Made by a program: the position numbers and the translations under genes. Shown here in pieces: positions 35,934 to 47,823 of a DNA stretch of 64,000 bases. Positions within the stretch are counted from its first letter, which is position 1; every line of letters starts with the position of its first letter. The notes beneath the pieces are model-generated. The model had not been told where the DNA came from and ran no database searches. It saw nothing but the letters and a program-made list of their open reading frames with translations. The stretch is from Tubulanus polymorphus (lineage: Eukaryota; Animalia; Nemertea), in NCBI RefSeq assembly GCF_964204645.1, contig NC_134033.1, positions 15,384,655 through 15,448,654 of the forward strand, read 5' to 3'.

Positions 35934-37256
35934 CTACACTTGATCTTTAAGAGTGCATTCCTTTATGTACGCTAACTATCAAACAAAAATTAGCAATTTT
36001 TTCGAATACTTTCTTTGGAATACGCGTAAGTCGGACCAAAAATGACGGTCCCGAGTGATCGGATTTATGCCTACTCTATACATACGAGAATTAAAATAAC
36101 AGATGATCTTCATTCGTTAATCTAATGGATTCAAGATTATTACATGTAAGATATAATCCAATCTGGGATATCATTCATATATTATCAGTATATATGATAA
36201 ACTAAGAATCAACCAATTTATCCTGCAGTTTCCATCGTCTTAACAAGGTATTGGTAACTATGAAATAAAAGTCCTTTAAAATGCCACTGTGGGACCAATG
36301 AAAAACGTGGCGTTATAAAGAATCAAGTATTTCCACTGATTTTGAGTTTAAATGAACAAATTATTTCTCTAAAAAAATTATATGGCATTAAAAAGGAATA
36401 GCGTTCTAACGCACTTTGACTATTCTATGCTACCTACGTACCCACGAAGGCCTATGATAAAACAATAGTGATTGTGCAGTACGATAGGAACACGTTATAT
36501 AAACTCCCGAAATCGGTGTTTATTCACACAGCGTGCTTATACAAATATGAAAAATATCATAGTTAACAAAAAGCCCTTGTGCTCGTGTCCCTGAAATGCT
36601 TGTGTTATTTACATTGTGCGTTCTAGAGGTTTGGAATGCCGCGTTTCAAGAGGCTACCATTATCAGACGACGTGCCTAACTGCAAGTATGCGTATATGCG
36701 CGTAATGCGTCGTCAACTCAATATCAGTTCCGTCAATCTTCGACAAGAAGAGAAATTATGTTCATATTTTTGTAACTGTCTCGTGACGATTGCTTCCGCT
36801 ACACCCTTTCTTGCATTTGCACGTACGTTTTTATGTCCGAAAAAAAAACATTAATAAACTCAAAGTGATTTGCACGACGCGAATCGCTGATAAATTCATC
36901 ACCCCCTACCATTTCCATGGCATGTGGAGAGAAAGTTAACTTTGCACAAAAAAAAACGACAAATAAAGACAATATTCAAAAACAAACGTTACGAAGGTCA
37001 TACAATGATACACGTGCGAGCCGGGTGGCAGCACTGTACGGTCTCCTAGCGGAATTTCTGTGAACAATGTAATAATACGAATCTATTTACACTCCAACCA
37101 GTTCCATTCCATGGAACATGGAGGGAAGATATTATTACGCGGATTTAAAAACAGTGCCATCTAGCCGCAACGCTCCTAACTATATGGTCAATCTATGCGT
37201 CGTATGCAGTGTGCGTATCCCTATCACGACTCGGGACCTGCTTCTATGACGTCACA

Positions 37257-38120
37257 CTATCCCGGCTTGCAGGCGGCGCATCCGCAGTCAAGAATATACC
37301 GATAGGTGGCGTATTCTACACTTCCGTCCGTACAGTTTAGAGGAACGGCTTTCATGATGGATTTCTGGTCCCTGCACATCGTGCAGTGATATCTAAACTG
37401 GATGATCTCGACCGAATTGAACGAAATAAAGGGTTTAGCTTGCGATTTTGTACAATATCCTTCACACTTCGTCATAAGAACTCTCTGAAACAAAATAAAT
37501 CAACTTTTTCGATAAATCATTACGTGCCATTGATTCGTGAATACATTGATTGAAATACAAACAATTCAAAAGAAAACTTTATCAAAGCTCCAAGAGAAAA
37601 TGCAGCAAGAAACGGTGTCTCTGTAAAGATTCAGACTACATTGTTGTAGGTGGAAAGGACCCAGACAAGAAATACAAAAAGAAGCTCTGTTACTGTCCTA
37701 TAATTTTTCAGGGCTGAAGAGTTCATACAAGAACTACAGAAAGAAACTCTGTCACTGTCAGGATTAAAACCATCTTCGAGGGAGAGAGTGCTCAAAGAGG
37801 AACTACAAAAAGAAACTGTCACTTTCAGGATTCAAACTATCAATAAAGGCGGAGAGTTCAGAGAGGAACCATTGAATGAACCTTGGCAGAGTAGTTAAGA
37901 TGTCTTTTGCTTTAGTTTCAAATAAACCTACTTTCGTTTCACAATCTCTGCTCGGATGGGTGACCTCTTCGACGTAATAGTGTCTCAAACAGGGATGCCT
38001 CCTATTGGCGGTCACCTGAACTATCTGCGTTGAAACCCACGTGATCCAAATTAAGCAGCAGCCAACTAGAATGGTTGTATTAACGGTATATATTGGCATA
38101 GCGTTTCGAGACATCGACAT
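37257..38120 (-). CDS. NDP: Norrin (Norrie disease protein)-like cystine-knot growth factor, exons 38120-37932 and 37484-37257, 138 aa
   Basis: CLRHYYVEEVTHPSRDCETK|RVLMTKCEGYC...ATYRYILDCGCAAC aligns with human [31 protein letters not shown]...ATYRYILSCHCEEC (recalled from memory). Hydrophobic signal region; phase-0 GT-AG intron. Confidence 0.92.
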
Positions 38121-38343
38121 CTATCACTGAAAACAAATTACGTATCTTAGGAATGAAATTATAACATAATAATAATAATCTTTATTTTTCGAAGAAATTA
38201 TAACATATAATATAAGTATATTAATACAAAGTACAAAGTAACTTTAATTATTAAATGTCATAATATCAATGAAAGGTGCCCATGAGAAGCAAAGTTGCTT
38301 GTAATTATGGGTAACCTAACACACACAGAGACACACGCAGACA

Positions 38344-38387
<44 letters not shown>

Positions 38388-40209
38388 TATAGGATTTGTA
38401 AATGTAGTCACATTAAACAGTAGGATAAAAATTTAGTAACGGTTAATTATGTCAATTTTGAATTTGTTTTTTAACTGCAAAACTGATTTTGATGATTTAA
38501 GGTGTTTACCAAGATTCTGCCAGGTGGCGGGAATTGAACAGAGGAAGCTTCTATTAATTATACTTTTAGTAAATTCGAAGATCGCACCGACTTGAATTTG
38601 ACATTCATATTCAAATTAGAGTTTTCATTGCTTTAAATCAAGCATTGTGAGTATATCATAAGGAAATCCGACAATTGGAATTAAACATTCTTTTCGTGTC
38701 GTCATCTTCGTTAACTTGATCCGAATCTTAAAATCATCATTCGGGGGCGGATCTAGCTTTTCGAAAAGGGGGTGCGCACTACTTACGTATGGGGCGGGTC
38801 TCCAGAAAATTTTGATAAATTCGATGCATTCTGAGCACTTTCCTGGTTGAAATTAGTAATGAAATAAGTCGACAATTTCACCATTTTCTAAACAAAAAGT
38901 CTTGTCAGTAGAAAATTTATTAAATTCTGCCGAAAAAAGCGCACCCCCTGGACCCGCCATTGTCATTACGGGATAAGTATTAATTATGAAATGTATGAAT
39001 TGAAACTTCAGATTAACAAGCTTTATATGATATTCATTAATCTTCGATATTGTGAGTCTATCCTATACGTAATAACACTGCTGCAGTCTAAATAGATTTC
39101 GGCTAATTTGTCTGTTTTAGCGAATCACTAAATAATCAAAGGTATAAACCAGGAGACTCAAAATAATATTTTTTCGTTATCAGAGTGGCATTTTACAAAA
39201 GGTTTAGGCTACATCAAACGTTTTATCGATAGGCAACATTCCGCTCATGCATCTCAATATATCTATAAAACGCGTTTCATCATTTTAGTCGTTCTTTCTT
39301 GCTTGATAAAAATCGTGATAAAATTTCTACAGGAGTTATCTTGATATATTTTTGATTAGCTACATAACAACGAACCGTTTCATAGCGAGATTCGATTGGT
39401 CCAATGTGCATTTCTCGTGTATATAAATCCGTCGCTGTCGTGTACGTATGTACGTCGAGGCGGTGCTGTTATTCCTTTACTTCACACAAACTCATCGAGA
39501 ATCAAACTAAAAAACTGACTATTTCTATATCTGTGACTTTGACGAATGGGTTTTTAGTCGATGAATGAGACGGATTGAAGTGCTGTTTTGTTGGCTGTTT
39601 GTTTTGGCAGTGTTTAAGTCTAAATGACGTTTTAGTATGATTCTAGTACCGGTTTATTCAATGCTGTTGTAATGCTAGCACATTTTTAATAGTATATACG
39701 TACACGTAGCCTGTAGTTAGAATTCCGACCATTGATTATCAATCAGTTCGAATCCTAACGGTGATGAGAGTTTGTCTCCAAACAGAAATAGATGGTCTCA
39801 GGAGCGGATTAAGGGGGCGGACTCGATGGTGCCTTCCCATTGAGGTTGCCTTTTTCGTCAAGCCAAAGATAATTAAAACCTGCACATTTGACACTCATCA
39901 TTTCGGAAATCGCATCTTCTGGGATTTTTTCAAAACCGTCTCAACACCGACTTTTCCTTTCGTCTGGACCTCATGGCCTTCCGATTATCCTAGATCCTTC
40001 CGCAGTTCGCCGAGCTCTTCGTCCCCAGAAGTAGACGAATCGAATCTTGACTGTGATTCTTTCTGTATTTAGTTCTTCTTTGAACTTACCAACAAATGGT
40101 AGATTGAATCCTTTGACTGACATCATCATTTTACTCCGGGTTTTCAAGCCAGAAATAGACAGTTCAAGTGTTTCTGCGGTTCATTTCCAAAATTAGAAAA
40201 AAAAATGTT

Positions 40210-40303
40210 GCCCTCGAACTGGATTTGAACCAGCGACCTAAGGAGTTCAGCTCTGGAGATGCCTTTCTACAGTCCTCCGCTCTACCAACTGAGCTACCGA
40301 GGG
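40210..40303 (-). tRNA. tRNA-Tyr(GTA) with 21-nt intron
   Basis: CCCTCGGTAGCTCAGTTGGTAGAGCGGAGGACTGTAG[intron]CTCCTTAGGTCGCTGGTTCAAATCCAGTTCGAGGG. A and B boxes intact, C1-G72 pair, downstream T-run terminator (A-run at 40197-40205 on +). Confidence 0.9.
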
Positions 40304-41153
40304 CAGATATTAAAGTCGTAACGTCTTGAAACTAAGTATTTTACTGTCTCTGATGCCAGGTGTCGATAATGTTATATTGGACATTATCAACACCTGTACC
40401 TGTTTCAGGAAACCGTGATACGAATTTGAAGCAATTGATAGTTTGAATGACAGCGACAGAGTTTCTTTCTGTGGTTATTCTTTGAGCGCTCCACCCCCGA
40501 CAATTGATGGTTCAAATCCTGATAGCGACACAAGTTTCTTTCTGTGGTTCGTCTCTGTGCTCTCCAACCCCGACCACCCCAACAATTAGTGGTTCGAATC
40601 CTGACAAAATCATGTGTGCATGTTGGCCTACTTGATTTAGAAATTCAGTGTTTATGTCTGTGTAATTCGCCACCATCGATAATTCGTATCCTGGACCGAT
40701 GTAGGTAGGATGCATGTTCTAATAGGGTGATGATGAAACTAGTATCATTCCCATTTAAACTCATAGATTTTTATATATTCATGTCTCTCTACGCCTGGGT
40801 AATTTAGCGGCTTCTCAGCTGCTATAGGAACTAACGTATCCCCAGTATACGTATATACAATACGGTAACATATTTACGAGTTTATCGGAGGGTAAATAAT
40901 TAACTGTCGATTTACCGAAAGTGCGACATATTGAAATCAGTTGAAACGATGCTGTGAAAGTCTGGACATAGTGCACAGCAATATATACTCTGCCTTCATC
41001 GGACCAAGTTTAGCCCCGGACCAAGTTTAGTCTCCGACCAAGAGGTAACGAGAATTTTTGGTTAATTTGATGGTTTATAGACTGTAAGTACAGTACGTTG
41101 AATATTTAATATGTATTTCTATTTCACACAGAACGCCTCCGACGTCACAAACC

Positions 41154-42909
41154 ATGCTTTCCCTCCGCGCAAAGCCGATGAGAAGAACGTTGCTTTACGT
41201 TATAGGAATAATAACCGGTAGGTTTTCGTATCGGATCGTTTTTCGTTCGTGGCCCGAAAATGATGTCATAACCGTGTATAGGCCCGTATAATGACTGTAA
41301 CATTTGTTCCCGTTTCCCGTCGAAATGGCTTTTCTCTAATTTCCGGTCAAAATGGCCGTTCTATAATTGCCGGTCAAAATGGCCGTTCTACTCATTTTCG
41401 GTCAAAGTGGCCGCTCTATCATTTCCGAGCCGGTCAGTGGCCGTTCACTAAGTTCCGGTCAAAATGGCAGTTCTTTTAGTTCCGGTCAAAATGGCCGTTC
41501 TATAATTCCCGGTCAAAATGGCCGTTCTCTAAGCTCCGATCAAAATGGCAGTTCTTTTAGTTCCGGTTAGAATTGCCGTTCTCTAAGTTCCGGTCAAAAT
41601 GGTTGCTCTTTCAATGATAAGTTTTTGTTTGTAGTGATGGTCACAGTTTTATTGGTTTCTAATCCAAAAACATCACTGGACACTAGGGACACGCCGAGCG
41701 CAGATCAAAAAGTGGAATCAGGACCGATGAAGGTTCTACTGTTCACGCACTATCGCGGCGGTTCGTCATTCTTCGGGGAGACTTTCAATCAGAATCCGTC
41801 GGTGTTTTATCTATACGAACCTGATATTTTCCTCGGCAGACTCGGAATCGATATCGATAAGGATGGGTAAGTTTCCTGCTGCTGCCACTCCCGTCACCGC
41901 TGCAACTGCCACTGACGCTGTGTTTTGGAGATGGTCAATGATGAGGTGGCAATTTTGTTGAAAATTTCGGCAAAAAATTATAGATGATTCCTGAGGGCTT
42001 ATTGGAAGTTATTGCAAGTTTTGACTATAGAGATGAAATCACTAATTGTTTCCGATGTTTGAACTCAAAGGGTCAGATTTTTTACCGGGAGCTTTTTTAG
42101 TTTTCTTGATTTATTATTCATAATTCGTGAAATTTATTTTCAGATTACCAGGAAAAGAGAAATTCACGAAGGTACTGAATGAATATGTTTCGTGCGACCT
42201 TCACCGAGTACAGGCCACCACACTCGCCCGTTTGCAAATTTATCTGAAAACCCGACTCGGGGGACCGGAGTTCGTGAAATGCGTTGAAACTGCACGTAAA
42301 TCAAAGAACGTTAGACCGGTGGTGGCAAAATGTGTCACCGAATTTGAAAATCAATGCAAAAAATCGCGAATTCGCGTCATCAAGATTATACGCTTCGACG
42401 CGGAGCTGATCGAGCTGCTGATGAGGTCAGATCCTAGTTGGCATGTTATACATTTACTGCGCGATCCGAGAGGGATTCTAAATTCTAGATCTCACATTCA
42501 TCATTTCAAAACCGAAAATATACCTCACGTTGCGAATTCCATTTGTCAATTTATGTTAAATCGTATCGAATCGTTAGAACAACTGAAAGTCCAGAACCCG
42601 CTTTATAGTTTACACGAAGTGACGTACGAGGACATAGCGCGCGATCCGATTGGTCAAACGTCACGTGTTTATGAGGCGATCGGTTTAGACCGAGTTCCGG
42701 TTCAAGTAAAAACGTGGCTGTCGAAAATGACGCAGGCAGATCCGAACGCGCGAAGAACTAATATCTACCAGCCCTCGCCGAAAGACTCAGTGGCAAACTC
42801 GTATAAATGGAATAAATCAATCAGTGATTCGAATCTGATGGAAATAAATCATGTTTGCGGTGAATTGTTCGCTAAAACCGGATATCCGTTATATAAACCA
42901 TCAAAATAA
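41154..42909 (+). CDS. Golgi carbohydrate sulfotransferase (Gal/GlcNAc-6-O-sulfotransferase, CHST1/3/4/5/6 family), exons 41154-41217, 41635-41866, 42144-42909
   Basis: Type II membrane anchor; 5'-PSB motif THYRGGSSFFGE..NQNPSVFYLYEP; 3'-PB motif HLLRDPRGILNS; YEDIARDP. Confidence 0.9.
41320..41605. repeat. About 27-bp minisatellite in sulfotransferase intron 1
   Basis: About 10 copies of TTCCGGTCAAAATGGCCGTTCT... Confidence 0.85.
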
Positions 42910-43681
42910 ATCCAAAATTCCTAACCAGCAAATGATTTCTAATTTGTTTAATTTGTTTCAATTTAGTTTGTAGTACCGGACACGAAGTGTTATCTGAAAA
43001 AGCACGAGGTGTAATGCTAATTCTAGGGTAGTCGCAGACGGTAACAGGAACTCTGAGATATATACTACTGTCCGGGTGGGGCACGTGATCAACAGAGGCA
43101 ATCAACCCCGGGGTAAACACAGAGTCCGCCGGGGTACATGGAACGCGCGCAGTCAGATCTACAACATGGCATTTGAGGGGGATCCAGAAATTTGGGCAGG
43201 GGTGTCAAGCGCAGTATTTTCTCAGGTATATAAATGATAGTCTTTTTTTTCATTTTCAATGAAAAGTGCATTCATAAAAAAATGTGTGCATTTAATACGT
43301 ACCTGCAGTAATTTCTGGCAGACGGCCCAAAACAGCGATTGATAAACATTTGATTAGTTTCATCATTAATTTATATGATTGATATCACAATTAGTAAACG
43401 TTCGCGCACACGGAGACACCCTAAACCCCTCGACCCTTAGATTCGCCTACAGCTGCATTTTACTAGCTGTAGTGTTGTTTTGCAAAATTTCGCAACATGG
43501 CGTCGTTTTAACTGATAGAAACTGCAGACGAGACCGGATCATGCGCCTTGGAGGCAGACCACCCAGACAGAGATAAATATTACATATTAGTAAATGATGT
43601 TCACGTGTTTTACTGATTGCTTGAACCGAATTACATCGAATTTACAGAATAAGATATAGATTTTGCGGTTTTTCTTCCAGT

Positions 43682-44597
43682 TTAAGCGAGTGGGCAAAGC
43701 GGTTTTTTCAGCGCGCAATGCCACAGTCCGAATGGCCGCATCGGTTGCGGGAACCTACAACCGATTGTTCCGCCTTGACGCGCATAGGCATCGCGCATAT
43801 TCGCGTCTTCCCAAAAACAGATAATCTTATCGTTTTCAAACTTATCCGATTTGTTTAAGTAGGTCGCCTGCCTTTTCGAGTTGTCATTGTTGTTGCCCGA
43901 TCGAAAATAGCTAAACTGCCTCTTCGCTTTTTGTTGAGCTTCTGTGTTTGGATAAAAGACAGGGAACATAATATCATAATTTTGTTTCAGTTTTTTTAAG
44001 GCATGGAAACATATCGTCATTCTTTCAAATCATGGATCGGAATCACTTTTCTCTTTTTAATCCCTTTCAGTGCAGACATTTTGGATATCCCTCAATGCAG
44101 TTTCAAATGTATTGAATGTTTTATTCAATGTTTTAGGTCAACTGCCAGTCATTTCTGGTCCTAATAAGACTTCTATCAGGTATGTACCACCAAAATTGAA
44201 TGAGCTAAAGGCCACAGTTCAGTTTTTTCCCGGGTCAAATTTTGCCCCCGTGTTTAATCAGGGAGCGCGTTGGTGCGTGAATCACTCGCTTGACACTAGA
44301 ATGCTATCAAAACCATGTTGTGGCAAGTGAGGCAAGTCACTGTCCAAAATCAGTCGGCATTCTTCAAAAACAATTTGACCAGTGGTTAAATTTGGTCTGG
44401 TCCGACGTTTATGGCCGTGTCGAACAAGCGCACGGGACAATCCTTTTGCGCATCAGTGCGAAAGATTGGACGGGCCTAGTCTGGCACCGGGCTCCCGAAA
44501 GACGCGAGATATCATTTTTTTTGTAGCTGATTATCTTACCGTGCGCGACAGCCACTGTCACTAACCCGAGAATCAAACAGACCAATATGAACTTCAT
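43682..44597 (-). CDS. Secreted 4-Cys prepropeptide, divergent paralogue 3 (exons 44597-44540 and 43941-43682)
   Basis: Signal MKFILVCLILGLVTVAVAH shares LGLVTV and the phase-1 intron with paralogues 1 and 2; two KR sites; FENDKIICFW..RDAYA..CRF..GLWHCALKKPLC. TATA-like GATATAAAAT near 45285 on the minus strand. Confidence 0.75.
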
Positions 44598-45775
44598 TGT
44601 GATACTGAAAATAATCACTAAAACTGAAAAATTGTAGCCAGTTACATAGTTAAGTCATCCTCGCTTGCCAGTGTTTGTATGGCTCCCCGCCGAAGATCAT
44701 ACCAACACTATAACCCTGGCCGTACAGTAACCTGGTCTTTATACCGGCCAAGATTTGCGCTGAGTGGATCTGTGTCCACCCAAGAAATATTGGGCAATTT
44801 ATAGACCAATGCGGAGGGAGGCAATCGAACCCTGGCAAGTGAGGGTGCTGCAATTAGTTTACAACATCGTTAGTGGGACGGATTTAACTCATCAGGCAGA
44901 CCTACATTTTCAACTTTTGAGATGATTGTAACAATCATCTCAAAAGTTGTAGGACAGACCTAACTGATCATGATCCACTCACACCTAGTTTTGAGTTTGA
45001 ACCCAATCGTTGGTGGTAAGCTTTTTATAATCGGATGGGCTTATGTGGTTTGTGATTGAAAATATATCAGATCGTGAAACTAAACCAAAGACAGGTTACT
45101 GACTAACCGGTACGTAGCCTATCAGCAATTTTTCAGCTAAGCTTCGATCCAACATCGATTAAGCGTCAAGTTTGCTCATTAAAAAAAACGAATTTTTACC
45201 AACCTTTTCAAATCGGAACTTCGTGTTGTTTCTCTCTACAACAGTGACGTCTCCTGTCTCCTGGTCGAATTTAGAACCTCATTTTATATCAGCAGAAAAT
45301 GATAAGATACCTAAACTTTGAGCTATTAAATGACTATAAACTCCCATCCACCTGTTCATCGCGATCATAAAATTCATGAATTGCGGCTTCGCGTCGGTTT
45401 TTATAGTTTATACATAGTTCAGGGATCTTTGGCCAGCTTTTGATAAGTCAACATTGCGTATCATCATATCGAGTATTCAGGTCTTACCGGTGCTACGAAT
45501 TTTTCAAGGAGGTAAAAACATAACGCACGCTGAAGGACATCTTCACCCGTCAAGGGATTCGAACCCACTACGCTAAAGCTGTTCCCCGAACCCCTTGACC
45601 TCACGAGTCGTTGGAGTCGTTACTAGCCGACCAGAATCCGGTCGTACCAATCACAGCGCTTGTAACAAACCGACAGTAGACTTCTGTTGGTTTTCCCGTT
45701 AAATGGACTAATCAGCGAACGTTTTACCGAACAAGGAAGTATTTCGCAAATCGATATATGACGTCATGCGCAACA

Positions 45776-45997
45776 GCGCCAGTAATGAAATCACGCTTCG
45801 TGAGGCCAGGGGGCTGGTGGAAGCGAGTTCGGGAGTGATACTGGACCCCTGGCAAGCGAGGAGAACAACGATCATCAAAACTCATTTCATCCCAAACAAT
45901 ACCACCCTCGCTTGCCAGGGCTCCGTGTATCGCTCCACCAGTCCCCTGGCCCCACGACGCATGATTTCATGATTTCATGATTTCATTTCACTGGTGC
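45776..45997. mobile_element. Palindromic MITE-like element
   Basis: Long imperfect inverted arms including GGCCAGGGG..CTGGTGGA / TCCACCAG..CCCCTGGCC and CCCTGGCAAGCGAGG / CCTCGCTTGCCAGGG. A related motif pair occurs at about 44657-44847. Confidence 0.6.
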
Positions 45998-46016
45998 TTT
46001 TGTACCTTTGTAAATA

Positions 46017-46400
46017 GGGGCACTAGATCCCAGTGCAGTTGTAGGGCACTTGATCGGAGTGAAGCAATAAGGGCACTAGATCCCAGTGCAGTTGTAGGGC
46101 ACTTGATCGGAGTGAAGCAATAAGGGCACTAGATCCCAGTGCAGTTGTAGGGCACTTGATCGGAGTGAAGCAATAAGGGCACTAGATCCCAGTGCAGTAA
46201 TAGGGCACTTGATCGGAGTGAAGCAATAAGGGCACTAGATCCCAGTGCAGTAATAGGGCACTTGATCGGAGTGAAGCAATAAGGGCACTAGATCCCAGTG
46301 CAGTAATAGGGCACTTGATCAGAGTGAAGCAATAAGGGCACTAGATCCCAGTGTAGCTGTAGGGCATTTGGTCGAAGGGCAGCAATCGGGGCACTTGGTT
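46017..46400. repeat. 53-bp minisatellite (about 7 copies; dimer of 26/27-bp AGGGCACT subunits)
   Basis: AGGGCACTAGATCCCAGTGCAGTTGTAGGGCACTTGATCGGAGTGAAGCAATA repeated. Confidence 0.93.
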
Positions 46401-46775
46401 TACGTGTGGCAATAGCTGAAATCAGGGAATTCGCCGACAAAACATTGAACTAACTCCAACCAAAAACAAAAAAAAACATATAAAAACAAAAACATTCTTT
46501 CGAAAAAAATTCATTTATTTTTTCGTTTTTATCAATAGATACCGGTAACTTTGATTCTATCAAAACATAAATGTGCTCGAGTATTAATTATGAAATAATG
46601 AAGATAAAAAATAATACATAATTGTCTTTAAGTTGAAATTCATGGAAAATTACACAATACACATATAAGAGGTAGAGTAGACTGCGTTTAATGCCAGGGA
46701 GTCTATTGCTATTGGACAATACGCATATATATAACAAATTTTCTTAATACTCAATTCGTTGTGCACAAACTAAAT

Positions 46776-47114
46776 CATCCTCCCCCGGCAGGGATTCGAA
46801 CCTGATGGCATCGAGATTGCCACGGCACGAAACCATGCCATAATCGACCGTGTGCGCAGATACATGCGCAGTTAAGGTGATGTGATTTTAAGCCAATCAG
46901 AAATCCCGTTTTATTTTATCCCGGGTTTTCCCATTTATAGTTCTTCCTTGAAATTTGCCTCAACGATTATACAACGAGCAATCTGATTGGTGCCGCCAGT
47001 TTTCGTTCGGAAAGCTGCGCATGTACCTGCGCACCCGGTCTACTGATGCAGGTGTTCGTGCCGTGGCTGAGTATAGCGATGCCATCAGGTTCGAGTCCCT
47101 GCACAGGGAGGATG
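46776..47114. mobile_element. Mutator (MULE)-like MITE, copy 2
   Basis: Same TIRs as 25971-26308 in opposite orientation; 9-bp TSD AAACTAAAT. Confidence 0.85.
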
Positions 47115-47823
47115 AAACTAAATGCACCCCGAATACGGAATTCATGGTCCCACAAGATCGGAAGCAAGCGTACAGTCTAATGTGGACGTTTCATATTGGA
47201 CAATTTCGACCATTTTGTGGCCGCGGCGATGACAGAGAAACCGCCGCGATGAATTACGGAATAACGATTACGTAGACGATAAAACCAATTTGACATAACG
47301 TTCTAAGCTCAAAAACGGTAACTGTCATATTAAGTTTGATTCGTTGTCAAGCTGATTTCAGGGAATGAAAAATTATGAAATGCAGCGAAAACTTTTTAAA
47401 TACATATCAGGCAATGGGTTATACAGTGTAAGTAGATATGTCAGGGGTGGATTTAGGCCGTGTCTCCCGACATGGTCGGAGTTTGAAAGTGCCTTTTTAT
47501 TTTTTATAGTAATCACCTGGGATACATAATAGATATTTTTCCTAAATATATAACCTATTAGATATATAACTTATTAGATAACATATAACACATTATATAA
47601 TAGATATATCAGATATATAACCTATGTTTCTTGACTAAATGCCTCTCAGAGATGCTCAGAAAGCTCTAAAATGATAGTAAATTTTCAAAAATTTTGCTGA
47701 TATGCCTTTCCGCCCTAGATTAAGAATATATGCCCTTCTTATTGGTCGACATGGTCACAACATGCCTCTGGATCCGCCCCTGTATGTCTTGAGTAAGTTG
47801 CAACTGTTGTTACTTGAATAGTT

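Noticed and set aside
45545-45610. tRNA gene around GGGATTCGAACCC
   Set aside because: Isolated B-box-like motif without a cloverleaf; probably a SINE remnant.
46017-46400. CRISPR-like alternating repeat
   Set aside because: The apparent spacers are themselves repeated; it is a 53-bp dimeric minisatellite.
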